From NCBI GenBank assembly GCA_030390025.1, contig CM059432.1, positions 39,806,001 to 39,870,000 of the forward strand: DNA of 64,000 bases, written 5' to 3'. The notes under the pieces were generated by a model that was not told where the DNA came from, did not search any database, and saw only the letters and a program-made list of their open reading frames with translations. The stretch is from Squalus acanthias (taxonomy: Eukaryota). A program made the position numbers and the translations under genes. Shown here in pieces: positions 1 to 12,908 of the stretch. Within the stretch, counting starts at the first letter, position 1, and every line of letters starts with the position of its first letter.

Positions 1-1100
1 GCTTCCACTGTTTTTAGTCTTTGTATCTGCCAAAAGCCTCCCTTTTTTTCCTAATCCATTCTTGTATATCCCTTGACATCCAGGGTTCCCTGGGTTTGTT
101 CGTCCCACCCTTGACCTTTACGGGAACATGTTGGCGTTGTACTCTCTCTATTTCCTTTCTGAAAGACTCCCACTGCTCTGATGTGGATTTTCCTACAAGT
201 AGCTGATCCCAGTCCACTATGGCCAGATCCTGCTTATCATATTAAAATCGGCCTTCCCCCAATTTAGAACCTTTATTTCCGGTCCATCTTTGTCCTTTTC
301 CATGACTACCTTAACTCTCACCGAATTATGGTCACTGTCACCAAAATGCTCTCCTACTGACACTTCTACCACTTGCCCGGCTACATTCCCTAGAATTAGG
401 TCCAGTACCACCCCCTCTCTTGTAGGACTTTCTACATGCTGGCTCAAAAAGCTCTCCTGGATGCACTTTAAGAATTCCGCACCCTCTAAGCCTTTCACAC
501 TCTGACTATCCCAGTTAATATTGGGGAAGTTGAAATCCCCTACTATTATTACCCTATTATTTCTACACTTCTCTGAGATTTGCCTACATATCTGTTCCTC
601 TATCTCCCCCTGACTGTTTGGGGGCCTATAGTACACTCCCAGCAAAGTGCTTGCCCTCTTTTTGTTTTTAAGGTCTACCCATATGGCCTCATTAGAGGAA
701 CCTGCTAAGATATCATCCCTCCTTACAGCAGTAATTGACTCCTTGATTAATATTGTGACACCCCCTCCTCTTTTACACCCCCCTCTGTCTCGCCTGAAGA
801 TTCTATACCCCGGAATATTGAGCTGCCAGTCCTGCCCCTCCCTCAACCATGTCTCTGTGATAGCAACAATATCATACTCCCATGTGTTCATCAACACCTT
901 CAATTCATCTGCCTTACTCACAAGACTCCTTGCATTAAAATAAATGCCATCCAGCCTTGCCAAACTCCCTTGTGCAGTTACATATTTGCTCTGCCTTCCA
1001 GGCTGACTTGTTTTTTCCTCTATATTTGGCTGTGCATCGCTCCCTACTGTAGCTCCACTCCGTATCCCATCCCCCTGCCAAGTTAGTTTAAAACCCCCCC
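1..1100 (-). mobile_element. CR1 LINE fragment, ORF2 APE endonuclease region, frameshifted
   Basis: ORF 217..963 has YFNARSL, AITETWL, GVYYRPP, VGDFNFP, GDSDHN motifs; continues in ORF 14..217 after a frameshift. Confidence 0.93.
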
Positions 1101-1377
1101 ATGTGATAATACATTACAACATCAAAGTGCCAATCAAAGGTTCTAATGTGCTATATAGTGAAGTACGTCCATGTTATATGTGTACATTTGGACACATGTA
1201 GAGACAGAATTTTGAGTTCCTTCTTACCATAACTTCAGAGGGTGTGTGCTTGTCGGATTGCAAATTAGGCCAAGACCTGGTTATGCCAGAATATCACCTA
1301 CTAAAAAAAGTTTCCTAGGTGACCTGCTGGGGGCAGAGCCTCTGCCAGCCCCATACAAGGCGATTAACACAGCCAAA

Positions 1378-1647
1378 ATCTCTGCGCTCCTCCAACTCTG
1401 GCCTCTTGTGTGTCCCCGATTTCCATCATCCCACTATTGCGGCCGTGCCTTCAGCTGCCTAGGCCCTAAGCTCAGGAATTCCGTCCCTAAATCTTTCCAC
1501 TTCTCTAGCTCTTTCTCCTACCTCTCACCCAGCCTAATATCTCTTTATATGACTCTGTGTCAAATTTTTTCTCATAATGCTCCTGTGAAGCGCCTTGGGA
1601 CGTTTTACTACATTAAAGGCGCCATGTAAATGCAAGTTGTTGTTGTT
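1378..1647 (+). mobile_element. L2 LINE 3' end
   Basis: gccttcagctgcctaggccctaagctc...tgtgaagcgccttgggacgttttactac...aaatgcaagttgttgttgtt; similar tail at 47885-48068. Confidence 0.7.
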
Positions 1648-2015
1648 AAAATTGGTACATTTAACACAATTTGAGCAAATCTGTGGGGGTTTTAATTGTT
1701 ACTAAATCAGGTTACAGACTGGTGGCAAAGTATGAAAATAAAACTGATGAGAATCAATTGGAGAGCCTAAAATACAACATTTAAAAAAAATCAATGCCTA
1801 GAAATCTAATCAGTTTGTGTTAATCACTTTTACACAAAATAATACTGGAAGGGCCAGCATGACAGACTCCTAAAATAAAATAGGCCCACATAAAATGACA
1901 TCTTACAGGACTATAAAGGAACTTAGCAATGCTATGGCAACAGCAAATGTAAGCCTGCAACGCTGTATCAGGTGGCACGATTCTGCAGCAGGACTGCTTA
2001 ACTACAGCACTCTAC

Positions 2016-2050
2016 ATTCTGACGAAAGGTCTTCGACCTGAAACGTTAAT
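2016..2050 (+). ncRNA. Minimal type I hammerhead ribozyme motif
   Basis: att-CTGACGA-A-AGGTC-ttc-GACCT-GAAA-CG-TT-aat: core boxes, stem II, palindromic ACGT stem III, 3-bp stem I. Confidence 0.65.
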
Positions 2051-2115
2051 TCTGTTTCTCTCTCCACGGATGCTGCCTGGCCTGCTGAGTTTTTCCAGCG
2101 TTTTCTGTTGTTACT
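2016..2115 (+). mobile_element. Penelope-like terminal (pLTR) fragment
   Basis: Matches the 3' end of the GIY-YIG-bearing elements at 27345-28200 and 31455-31965. Confidence 0.8.
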
Positions 2116-2124
2116 TCTGCTTAC

Positions 2125-2179
2125 CTCCACTTGTATTTAAAATGAAATATGGTTACTGAGAATAAACTTTGTTAAATGA
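2125..2179 (-). pseudogene. Candidate decayed exon of unidentified host gene
   Basis: ttctttcag acceptor, GAG|gtaagc donor; HLTKFILSNHISF*IQVE; phase-compatible with 2376-2466. Confidence 0.3.
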
Positions 2180-2375
2180 CTGAAAGAATTCTCTTTACAG
2201 AATTAGTGTAGTGGATAGGTACCAGTGGGATACAGCATCCATACAAAATTTGTAATCTAACATCACATGGCTTTTTGTCTATGAGCTATTTCAAACTGTC
2301 AACTCAATTTGTAAATATTTTATTACATCAGTCAATGCTCTTTTTGAACTGCTTATATATCATTCAGTGATTTAC

Positions 2376-2466
2376 CTGATGGGGCATCACATAAATAGCA
2401 GACATTGGATCACAATGGGATCTTTGGGAAACTATTCATGGATGGCGTCTTGTACTGTAATATGAA
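2376..2466 (-). pseudogene. Candidate decayed exon of unidentified host gene
   Basis: tttgcatttgcag acceptor, CAG|gtaaat donor; HITVQDAIHE*FPKDPIVIQCLLFM*CPI; stops in all three frames. Confidence 0.35.
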
Positions 2467-4112
2467 CTGCAAATGCAAACATAGGCAAAGTATCAAAAAC
2501 AAACAAAAGTAGGGGGGAAAAAATCAAAATATCATAGGAAAATCAAAACAAAGCATTCCAGAAAATATGTGGAGGAATTATGCTTTTGAATGAAGAAACC
2601 AAAGAGAAGGGCCAAGACCCATAGTGCAGGACCTGGGAGCCGAGCAGCAGAGGCGGCAGCAGCATAAAGGGAGCGGCGGTGAAGGCCCAGGACAGAGCGC
2701 GGACCTGAGTGGGAGCCGAGCAGCAGAGGCGGCAGTATATATTCGCCGAAACCAAAAATAAACAAACAAAAAAAAATTCATGGAGTGACGTCACAGTACA
2801 GCAGGTAGGTGATTGGTTGGTGAATATTACCTTTATCTTTTTTCTCTACATTAGGTCAGTGGGTTAGCTAAGAAGTTTAGTTAGTAGTCTAATAAATCGA
2901 GGTATGGTAGGGCACCTCCATCCTGTTGAATGCACATCATGTGCCATGTGGGAAATCCTGGACGCTTCTCGTGTACTGGACAACCACAAGTGCAGGTTTC
3001 GGAGCTTGAGCAGCAGCTGGCGTCACTGCAGTACATCCACGAGGCTGAGAGCTACGTGGATAGCACGTTTCAGGAAGTAGTCACCCCACAGCTAAGGAGT
3101 GTGCAGACAGAGAGGGAATGGGTGACTGCCAGACGGAAGAGGAGGACCAGGCAGGTAGTACAGGAGTCCCCTGAGTGCATCTCGCTCTCTAACCGGTATT
3201 TACTGAATACTGGTGAGGGCGATGGCTCCTCTAGGGAGTGCAGCCAGAGCCAAGACCATGGCACCATGGGTGGCTCAGCAGTAGAGGGGGGGAATAAGGA
3301 AGGTTAATAGTGGTAGGGAATTCAATAGTTAGGGGAGCAGACAGACGTTTCTGCGGCCGCAGACATGACTCCAGGATGGTAAGTTGCCTCCCTGGTGCCA
3401 GGGTCAAGGATGTCACTGAACGGCTGCAGGACATTCTGAGGGGGGAGGGTGAACAGCCAGAGGTCGTGGTCCTTATCGGTACCAATGACATAGGTAGAAA
3501 GAGGGATGCGGTCCTACAGGCAGAATTTAGGGAGCTAGGAAGAAGATTAGTAAGCAGAACCTCAAAGGTAGTAATCTCTGGATTACTCCCAGTGCCACAT
3601 GTGAGTACAGAACTAGGAGGATAGAGCAGATGAATGCATGGCTGGAGAGATGGTGCAGAAGGGAGGGCTTCAGATTCCTGAGGCATTGGGACCGGTTCTG
3701 GGGGAGGTGGGGCCTGTACAAGCCAGATGGGTTGCACCACAACAGAGCCAGGACCAATATCCTCATGGCGAGGTTTGCTGGTGCTGTTGGGGAGGCTTGG
3801 CAGGTGGATGGGAGTCTGAGCGTAGATTTAGTAGGGAGAGAAGCAAAGCTGGAAATGGAAGGCAGTAAATTAGTAAGTGAGTTTGGAAGGCAGAGGAAGC
3901 AAAGGCTAGAAAATAGACAACGAAGGAGTTTGACAGTGCTTAATGGTATATACTTCAATACAAGGAGTCTAGTGAACAAGGCAGATGAGCTGAAGGCACA
4001 GATAGACACATGGAAGTATGATATCATAGTTATTACTGAAACGTGGCATAAAGAAGGGCAAAAGTGAGAAGTCGCACAACACCAGGTTATAGTCCAACAG
4101 TTTTATTTGAAA

Positions 4113-4149
4113 TCACAAGCTTTCGGAGCGGCTGCTCCTTCGTCAGGTG
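4113..4149 (-). ncRNA. Minimal type I hammerhead ribozyme motif, mirror copy
   Basis: Exact reverse complement of 4160-4196. Confidence 0.7.
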
Positions 4150-4158
4150 CTTTTTACT

Positions 4159-4196
4159 TCACCTGACGAAGGAGCAGCCGCTCCGAAAGCTTGTGA
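4159..4196 (+). ncRNA. Minimal type I hammerhead ribozyme motif
   Basis: tcac-CTGACGA-A-GGAGC-agcc-GCTCC-GAAA-GC-TT-gtga. Confidence 0.75.
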
Positions 4197-5727
4197 TTTC
4201 AAATAAAACTGTTGGACTATAACCTGGTGTTGTGCGACTTCTCACTTTTGTCCACCCCAGTCCCACACCGGCATCTCCGCATCATAAAGAAGGGCAGGAA
4301 TGGCAGCTCAACATTCCTGGTTACAGGGTTTTCAGACGAGATAGAGAGGGGGATAAAAAGGGATGGGGATTACAGCTGTGAGGAGGGATGATATGTTAGA
4401 AGGATCATCAAATGAGGCCCTGTGGGTGAACTGAAGAACAAAAAAGGGGCAATCACAATGCTGGGAGTGTACTATAGACCTCCAAACAGTCAGAGGGAGA
4501 TAGAAGAGCAAAAATGTAGGCAAATTTCTGAGGAGTGCAAAAGCAATAGGGCAGTAATAGTTGGGGATTTCAACTACCCTAATATAACTGATAGAATTAG
4601 TGTAAAAGGAATAGATGGCACAGAATTCTTAAAATGCATTCAGGAGAACATTTTTAGCCAGTACGTAACAAGCCCAACAAGAGAGGACTTAGTTTTAGGG
4701 AATGAAGCTGGGCAGGTGGAAGGGGTATCAGTGGGAGAGCATTTTGGTGGTAGTGATCATAATTCAGTTAGATTTAGCATAGTTATGGAAAAGGACAAAG
4801 ATAGACCAGGTGTAAAAGTTCTCGATTGGGGAAAGGCCAATTTTACTAATCTGAGATGTGATTTAGCAAAAGTGGACTGGAAACAACTACTTGAAGGTAA
4901 ATCAATGTCAGAGCAGTGGGAGGCATTCAAGGAGGAAATAGGGAGGGTCCATAGCAAATATGTTCCCACAAAGAAAAAGGGTGGGACTCCCAAATCTAGA
5001 GCCCACTGGATATCAAGGGGCATACAGGGAAGAATAAGGGAAAAAAGGGAAGCTTATATCAGATACCGAGAGCTCAGTACTACAGAAAGCCTAGAGGAGT
5101 ATAGAAAGTGCAGGGGTGAAATTAAAAAGGAAATTAGGAAAGCAAAGAGAGGGCATGAAAAAAATATTGACAAGGAAAATCAAGGAAAACCCAAAGATGT
5201 TTTATAAATACATCAAGAGCAAGAGAATAACTAAAGAAAGAGTAGGGCCTATTAGAGACCAAAAAGGTAACCTGTGTGTTGAGGAGGAAGATGTGGATAA
5301 GGTTCTTAATGAATACTTTGCGTCTGTCTTCACAGAAGAGAGGGACGATGCAGACATTGTAGTTAAAGTGGGAGGAGTGTGAAATATTAGATGAGATAAA
5401 TAGAGAGTGAGGAAGTATTAAGAGGTTTAGCATCTTTGAAAGTAGGTAAATCGCCAAGCCTGGATGAAATGCTTCATCATACCACTTAGCCCCTGGGAGA
5501 TCAAGGTTATCCTCTGCAGTCTTGACTCATGACACCTGTCTGATATTCCAGGACTCGAGTTGAACACCGGTATAATGAGGCACAATCATTTACCAGAGTA
5601 ATAATTGAACGTTGGTGTATAAAAGCAGCACTTCAAGTATTGATATATGGAGATTATAATCTCGATGATTGTTGTACATTAGAGTCATAGACATTTACAG
5701 AACAAGAAGATTCTATTTAATACATTG

Positions 5728-6429
5728 GCCCTGATATCTACAGGGAGGTAAGGAGGGAGCGGGAGCACGAGTTTACGAGAGGGGAAACCCAGAAATTCCC
5801 GGAACGCGGAGGTCCTGACGAATTTAATGGCAGGACCTCATTATCATTGTTTTACTTTATTTCGCCCCCCTGCAGCCAGCCAGATTGACAGTCTGGCCAG
5901 CTGCCAGGCGGGTAAACCAACAGTAGAAGACCGCAGCTGGGGACCATTGGCAACAGTCCCCGGCAAACAGGAAACATCAGGGGGTTGGTGGTGGGGGTGG
6001 GGGGATGTGCAGGAAGGACCGACATTTGGGAGGGGCGGGGGGTGGTCAGCCAATCGTGACAGAAGATTTGCTTGAGGGGCCCACAAGCAGTGCTATAAAA
6101 AGCACTAACTTGCTGGATCCGGCTGCTCCGCCTCCCTTTAGCTGCCGGGATTCCTGAGCCCTGGGAAACCAGGCCGGCCAGCGTTAAATTTAAATGGCTA
6201 CCAAAATATCAGGAATGGAGCCTCATTTACAAATTATAAGGACGGACCCGCCTCTCCAGAGCGGATTGCTCGGACGCCCCCAAACCCGCTACAGTTAAAA
6301 CAGAAGCAGGCGCGTTTGCGGCAGATTGGGGTCAGTTTACATATATTTGCCAATTTAAACACCCCTCCCCCCCACCCGACCCTCTCCCGCCCATTGTGGG
6401 GGGGGGGGGGGGAGGAGTTAAAATTTGCC
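5728..6429. mobile_element. Non-autonomous DNA transposon (Harbinger-like MITE)
   Basis: ggccctgatat...ttaaaatttgcc ends; shares cccagaaattcc...ggaggtcctg...ttaatggcagg block with 41321-41725. Confidence 0.55.
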
Positions 6430-7045
6430 TATTGTGTCTGTGCTGGCCTTTTGCTATAGCAATCCAAAACTAATCCCATTGGTCTGCTCTCTCCCAGAGC
6501 CCTGTGTCTTCCTCTGCTTCCAATGCTTATATACTCTTCCCTTAAAAGGTTCAATTTTCTCTCCCCATGTATGCGTTATGGTAAACCATTCCATGCTCTA
6601 ACAATTTTATGTAAAAAGAAATTTCTTCTGATCTCTCTCCTATCCCGGACATTATTCTGTTGAATCTACATTGTATCCTTTCTGTCACTTTTAACACCCT
6701 TTCTATAATGGAATACCCAAAACTGCACATATTACTCTTAACTGTGGCCTAACCATTGCCTTGTACAAATTTATTCTTCTTTACTCCTGTACTCTAAGCT
6801 ATTTATAAAGTGCAGAATGCTATTGACCTTTTGTGTGGCATTTTCGGCCTGCACTTGCACTTTCAGGGAATTATGCACTTGAACCCCTAGGTCATTCTGT
6901 TCATCCACACCCTTCAGCATCTTTCCATTGAGTTTATACTTCTATTTGTTGTTTTTACTCACAAACTGCATTATCTCACACTTCTTCATATTGAATTGAA
7001 TCTTCCACATGACTGCCCATTCTTCTAACTTGTCTACATCCTCCT
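6430..7045 (-). mobile_element. Old CR1 3' fragment
   Basis: DVDKLEEWAVMWKIQFNMKKCEIMQF (CR1 RT C-terminus) plus decayed tail. Confidence 0.75.
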
Positions 7046-7876
7046 CGCTCTTTGCCAAGCCCTCTCCTTTTGTACCAAAGTCTGTGCCAAGTTGCACAAC
7101 TTTGCCTTGCATCATATTGAAGCTTCCAGAGGAGGAAGCAGCAAGGGGATTAGAAAGAGGAGCAGCTGTACTCTCAAGGGGATGCAAAGGACCATCCGTT
7201 GCCAAGTGTAAGAAATATTTGTACTACTCTCATAATTTCAACATCTGAATTAACTGTACTATCTACATCTTCTCCTTTCCTGCCATCATGGACAGACTCT
7301 CTTATAAATGGTCCCACTATTCTCTCCATACTACACTAGTCCCAATTTCCAGCCTGTCTTTACTACCATCCCTACATGTTTGGCCCCAATACCAACATTC
7401 ATAGATTTTTTCGGACAATGAATCTACATAATATGTTTCTAAGAACGATCAACCAGTTTATTTGCCTACTCCAGATGTGAGTCCCTGTTTTACCATTTGC
7501 TTGTCCTTGGTGTGTGTCGTCTACTTCCTAATCTTGCCCTCCTTCTATGTGCTACCCAAGGAGGAAGAGCAAGTGCGGTTTTATGCTGCTGCTCCTCACA
7601 GGGGACCTTCTGACTCGCTTGTGAAAATTCCTTCATTTCTGGTAGGTCATGAGATGGCACTGCTATTACTTTCAGCACCTCGGTCCCTGTGCTGGCCTGG
7701 GCAGTGAGTGCTGGCAGACTATTTAACCGAGGACGCTATCACAGCTGAGGCCAGTTTTGTCATCATGCCTGCAGCACGAATTTCCAGTCAGGTTTCTCTG
7801 AACAGTGATTAGGAGCTGAAACTCTGGGCTATTTTTTACCCTATGTGTTCTGAAGTCACTGGCCCTGACAATACAT

Positions 7877-8718
7877 GGGCCTGCAATTCTGGGGTAAATG
7901 GGGTTTCTGCCGCATTTCCAGTGAAGTTACAGCAGTGGAGTGGGAGCAGCTCTGAGGAAATTCCAGGCCCATCTTTGCAAGGTGGACTCACAAGCCCTGA
8001 AATTGCGGTCTCCCTGACGGCGTACTCTCAAGAGTACGCCGTCGTAAGCCATTTGCATGTGCAAAATCCGGAACTTGCGATCTGTCAAGGTACACCTTGA
8101 CAGAATATGCGAACCGCATGGAAACTCAGTATTGCTGGCGCAGAGTTGGGCTATTTGCCCAACAACTGCCCAGCAATTGCCCACAAAACTCTTTCGGCTG
8201 GTAAAAGCAGGCGTAGGGCCTGCATTCATCAGTGTAAGGGCATATATAAGCCTTAAGTTAAACATTTAAAAATCAAAAATTATACACATACACTTTAAAT
8301 GAGTTTATGCAAATAGTGGCCCAGATTAAGATATTTAAAATTATTTATCAAAAAATTAATTTTTTATTAAGTTTGGTGCAATAAAGGGACATATGAATAA
8401 AATTGCAATCTAGTACATTTATATTTATTAGAATTCTGTACATTGTATAATTATTTGAGGATTCCATTGCATATCAATAGGGGATTCCCTTCATAAACGA
8501 TTGCAATGGAATTCTCCTTTGTGATTGGAGGACCGGACCCACGTGATCCCAGGGACACTTCCGGACTGCCTGCGTCCCTGGGATCCATGGGCCTTTGTGC
8601 TGCCGTCCGCCTGGCCCCACAACTCTACGCAGCCTGGACACCTGGAGGTAGGTTCGTAAAGGTTTTGTGGGTCGAAGGCGTACTCCAGAGTTACCCCTCC
8701 GACCGCAATTTCTAGCCC
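7877..8718. mobile_element. Harbinger-like MITE
   Basis: Imperfect TIR GGGCCTGCAATT / AATTTCTAGCCC, flanks CAT/AAT, CpG-rich arms with AT-rich core. Confidence 0.55.
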
Positions 8719-9039
8719 AATGTGGTTACTTAAATTCAATTTGGCCAATTCCACTCTTGAATTACACCCTGCAGTTTGTATTGATACAAAGTCAAAACCA
8801 GTTTTCATTGATGCAAACTGTGCAGCACAACTGGCTAATTAACAAGCTTATTTCAGAGCTACTTTCTTCTGTAAGCAATATTACTTAAGTCAAAATAAGA
8901 GTTTGAGAAAGTTGAAAATCCCTACAGTGCTTTTGTTACTTCATACTCATTAACTATGAACAGAATGCTTCCGGCAGATACACAGGCCTGAAATTGGGTT
9001 TAAATGAGCCATGAATAACAGCTGGAATCTCTGTCAAAG

Positions 9040-10150
9040 AATGAGATCGCTGGCTTGGCAACAGGAAGCAGAAGGTGATAATCAACTTGTTGGGGTGCAG
9101 CCATTAGTGAAATCTCTGGGGGGGTGTCTGGGCCCCTGCTGTTCACATCATTTATAAACAATATGGAGGAGCTTACTTTTTATAAAATGTGCTGATGAAA
9201 TGAAGCTATGTGGCCTGATGACTAGTATAAGGAAGATTAATAACATCCCAAATAATCTAAACTGGGTGCCACAGTGGGTTAGACACTGCTTTTTCATCAC
9301 TGGGATGTGAGTTTAAATCCAAGCCAGACTGATAGGATGAACATCTGCTGGCTTTGAGGGCTTTATGTAAAATCCAGTTGCGAGTAAGCATGGATTTTGG
9401 GTTATAAATAGGAGATAGAAAGAAGTAATACAAAATATTGGTTAGGCCACAGTTAAAGTACTATGTGCAGTTTTGAGCCTATTATAGAAAGGATGTACAA
9501 ACCATAGCTATCATACAGTATTGATTCACCAGGATGATGTCAGGGATGGGAAACTATAGTTATGAGGAGAGACTTGAAATACTTGGACTATTTCCACTGG
9601 AACAGAGAAAGCTAAGAGGAGATTTAAAAGAAGGTTTTAAAATTTTGAAGAGTTTTGATAGAGTGAATAGGGAAAGACTGGGGTTCATTTTAATCTACCC
9701 TGCCCGGTGTGAAACTGACGCGATCAGATTGGCCGCCTGTTTTAGACCCCGCCTGATTTTACTTTCAACTGAAGTCAATAGAAAATACAAATCGGGCGGC
9801 GTGGAAATCGAGCGGCTGATCTGATCATGTCAGTTTCCTGCCAGGTGAGTTCATTTAAAATTGCCCCCACTGTTTCTCCAGTTGGAGACTCAGTGACGAG
9901 AGATCATTCATTTAAAGTTATCACTAAGAGAAAGAGAGAAGTTATGAGACCTTACTTTACACAGAAGCGTGGGATGCTTTGCCACAGAGAATGGTTCAGG
10001 CAGAGACCATGCATCTTTCAAGTGAAAAATTGGATAAATATTTGAAGCAAAGGAAGATACAAGGCTATGGGGAGAGCACAAGTCAGTAGGATTAATTTTG
10101 GACTGCTCGAGCAATGAGCCAGCACAGACACGATGGGAAAACCATGCTTT
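9040..10150 (+). mobile_element. Old CR1 3' fragments
   Basis: SYEERLEILGLFPLEQRKLRGDL motif and CR1-type tail. Confidence 0.8.
9680..9868. mobile_element. 189-bp Harbinger-like MITE inside CR1
   Basis: 3-bp TSD ACT (9677-9679, 9869-9871); TIR GGGGTTCATTTTAA / TTAAAATTGCCCCC. Confidence 0.75.
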
Positions 10151-11264
10151 CTACTGCCTCATCCACGTCATTTGCCCACAAATTTGCTGCAGTAACACGT
10201 TAAAAGCCTTTGCATAAATGTAACAAATAAGTGCTACCGACCTCATTTAAAGAGGCCCTGTGTAGCATTACTGCAGGTATGATATTAATGGTTGGGTAGT
10301 TGTATGTCTGTTATAATGAGTAAGTTAGCACATTCCAGTAAGTGCATTGCAACCAAACGGAAATGGAAAGTAATGCACTGTTTATCCACGTTTAGTGCAT
10401 AGAGAGGAAATTCTAGTTACAAGTGACACCTGCTAGGAAGTCTGCATGTGTGATTAGTAAGGGAGTTCAAAATTGGCCTCCATGGCTAAATATCCTGCCA
10501 AGACTCATTGTTTAGGCTCATACATAAAGAATGGTCACTTGGGTGAGGTAGCAGATTGCCTTTGGGAAAGGAGAAGTGAGTGCAGAAAACTGCAAGAAAA
10601 CAATGTTGATAAAAAGTAAGCAGGTTTTATCATGAGCCAATGAAAGTGCCTCATATAGAATGTACACTGTAACTTGGCACATTATTCAACACATGTCTGC
10701 ATAAAACTATCACCACTTTAACTTTCAAGCATCACGTATGGTAGCAATATACTTGGAAACTGACCCAAAATGCTGTGGGAAAGTTATAAATCTAAATTAC
10801 AGATTACATGCAGTAAAAGTATCATTATGACAAATTAGCCAGAATTCAACAGATGAAAGGGAAGCAATGGCATTGCTCCAAGAGCAGCTTTATAAGCAGG
10901 ATTTCAGCATAGAACTGGAGACATGATTCAGAGCACAGGAGGGAGGATTTTATTCATGAGAAAATGATTTGAAATGAATAACATAGGGTTGAGTCCCTTT
11001 TAAGTTGCGCATACAGACACGCCAGGTTTCAGTTTAGCGTTTACTATGGAGAAGCTCCTTAATCAAGACTCGACTTTTCATCTCCTACATAGAAAGAGAT
11101 TAAACATGAAAACTGATTTATGAAACATGGATTTTTCACCTTCCTTCACTCACATTGTCTCAAATCTGGTTTAAAGTTTTCTCTGTAGCCCATTTTTCTT
11201 CCCTTAAATAACAGGCAAAACTTCGAACTTGGGCAGGGTGTTAAACAGATGGTAGCGAATCATA

Positions 11265-11490
11265 ACAACTCGCTGAGAAAAAAGAATTCTCTTCATCTTC
11301 CCCGCTTTTTGCCAATTACCTTAAATCTATATCCTCTGGTTACCAACCCTCCTGCCAGTGGAAACAGTTCCTTCCCATCTACTGTATCAAAACCCGTCCC
11401 TCTCCCCTTTTTCGAACAGGGGTGTAACATTTGTAAACCCTCAGTCCTCTGGCACCACTCCCATATCCAAGGAGGATTGAAAGATTGTGG
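11265..11490 (-). mobile_element. CR1 fragments
   Basis: Reverse complement of the EDWRVANVTPLFKKG region and CR1 3' region. Confidence 0.65.
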
Positions 11491-11920
11491 CCAATCGTTC
11501 TTGATTTTTTATTTAATGATGTTCTGACACTCATGGCTTTGCACTGCTGGAGCCACTGGGGCCAGTTTTCAGGTGCTCCTCCTGACTCCACAAAAGTGCT
11601 GCGTTCCACTGCCGGTGTGGCCACACCCTGCTATCACATTCCCCCACCTCCCTCCCCCGAGCACTTACCTATGGGCCTCTGTAGGCACCCAGTCAGCCGA
11701 CATCCATGAGGCCCACGAGTGGTGAGCTGCATCAGGACCCCTGTTTGCCGTCCGAAGCCCACCTGCCAAATTCAAATGAGACTGAAGCCTCAAAATCACG
11801 CCGGAACGGGCATCCGGTCAGAAATCAAAATTGACCCCAGTGATTCTAAACCTCACTGAATGCAGAATTTTGCACCACAGAAGAAAGCCATTTGGTCCAT
11901 TGTGCCTGTGCTGACTCTAA

Positions 11921-12189
11921 GGGCTGGATTTTGATACTGGGGCGGGTTGGGGTTGTGTTATCCACTTTTCGTGTTATCCACCCGACTGCAATTGGATGTG
12001 GGAGATTGATGCAATTTTCACCTAATTGGGCAATTGAGTTCCAGCATGTGGGAACCCATGAACTAATTAGTGTTTTCAGTCTGAAAGTCGCCTCTGATGA
12101 TGTCCTCATTGCTGCTGCATTGAAGGTCATCAGAGACTGCCTGGCCTTTGCTGTGAGAGGACCTGGATGCAAACAGCAGCCCTAAGTAC

Positions 12190-12232
<43 letters not shown>

Positions 12233-12405
12233 CAGAGAGAGACAGAAAGAGAGATTGCTCCACCACTCCCAGATGCCTGCCAGCCAGCTACTCACTCACT
12301 GATAGTCAGCCCAGCCACTGATCAGCTATCCCAATGTCCTCCCGCCAGGTTTTACAATCGTGGTTCAGAACAGGCGTGCTTCACGTACAACAAGGGTTAA
12401 AATCA
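11921..12405. mobile_element. Harbinger-like MITE, one end degraded
   Basis: Begins GGGCTGGATTTT, the same TIR as 20861-21701. Confidence 0.5.
12190..12253 (+). repeat. (AG)n/(AGAGAC)n microsatellite
   Basis: Directly visible. Confidence 0.95.
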
Positions 12406-12908
12406 CAAAGGCCTTTCAAAATGGCATTATAGAACCAATTTAGTGCTTGTTAAGGGCCATCACATTAATAAAATAACTATAGTTAAATAAATTAACCACT
12501 TTAAACAAAAAATAAAATTTTTGAAAAAATTTAAATTCTTTTTAAAAGTTATAAAAATAAACTTACCTTTCTTTAAAGTCTCTAAAAAAGATAAACCTGT
12601 TGAAATTTTTTTTAAATAACACTTAATTAACTACTTACCTTGTTAAAAGGGGGTCTTACGCCTGCTTTCTTTATGTGTAAAATATCCAACACTTAACCTG
12701 CGCGTTCAAACCAAAAAAAAAAATAAGTGCACTGCGTGCGCGCAACCTGTAGTGCGCACGTGGTTCACTTAGGAACCGCCCCCTTCGCCATACACGAAGT
12801 GCCGGTTTCCCGCGCATGCGCAGTGCATGCAGGAAACCGGCAATTCGGGACTTAATACGCGAGAGTACACAGTGCGTAATCTCCCATATTAGGTCTAATT
12901 TTCGGGCC
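12405..12908. mobile_element. Partial copy of the 24197-24939 MITE family
   Basis: Closely similar to ~24500-24938; ends ctaattttcgggcc. Confidence 0.8.

Larger units (their letters stand above)
4061..4282. mobile_element. Penelope-like short insertion, inverted pLTR pair, 14-bp TSD
   Basis: cataaagaagggca at 4047-4060 and 4283-4296; perfect inverted repeat 4059-4149 / 4160-4250; interrupts CR1 endonuclease. Confidence 0.85.
2625..5472 (+). mobile_element. CR1 LINE 5' half: 5'UTR, ORF1 (CxxC plus SGNH esterase), ORF2 endonuclease; degenerate, 3'-truncated
   Basis: ATG ~2904 MVGHLHPVECTSCAMWE; VGNSIVRG...LPGARVKDV, IGTNDIG, DGLHHN; YFNTRSL, GVYYRPP, GDFNYP, SDHN; duplicated 5'UTR monomer at 2629-2737. 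Confidence 0.93.
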
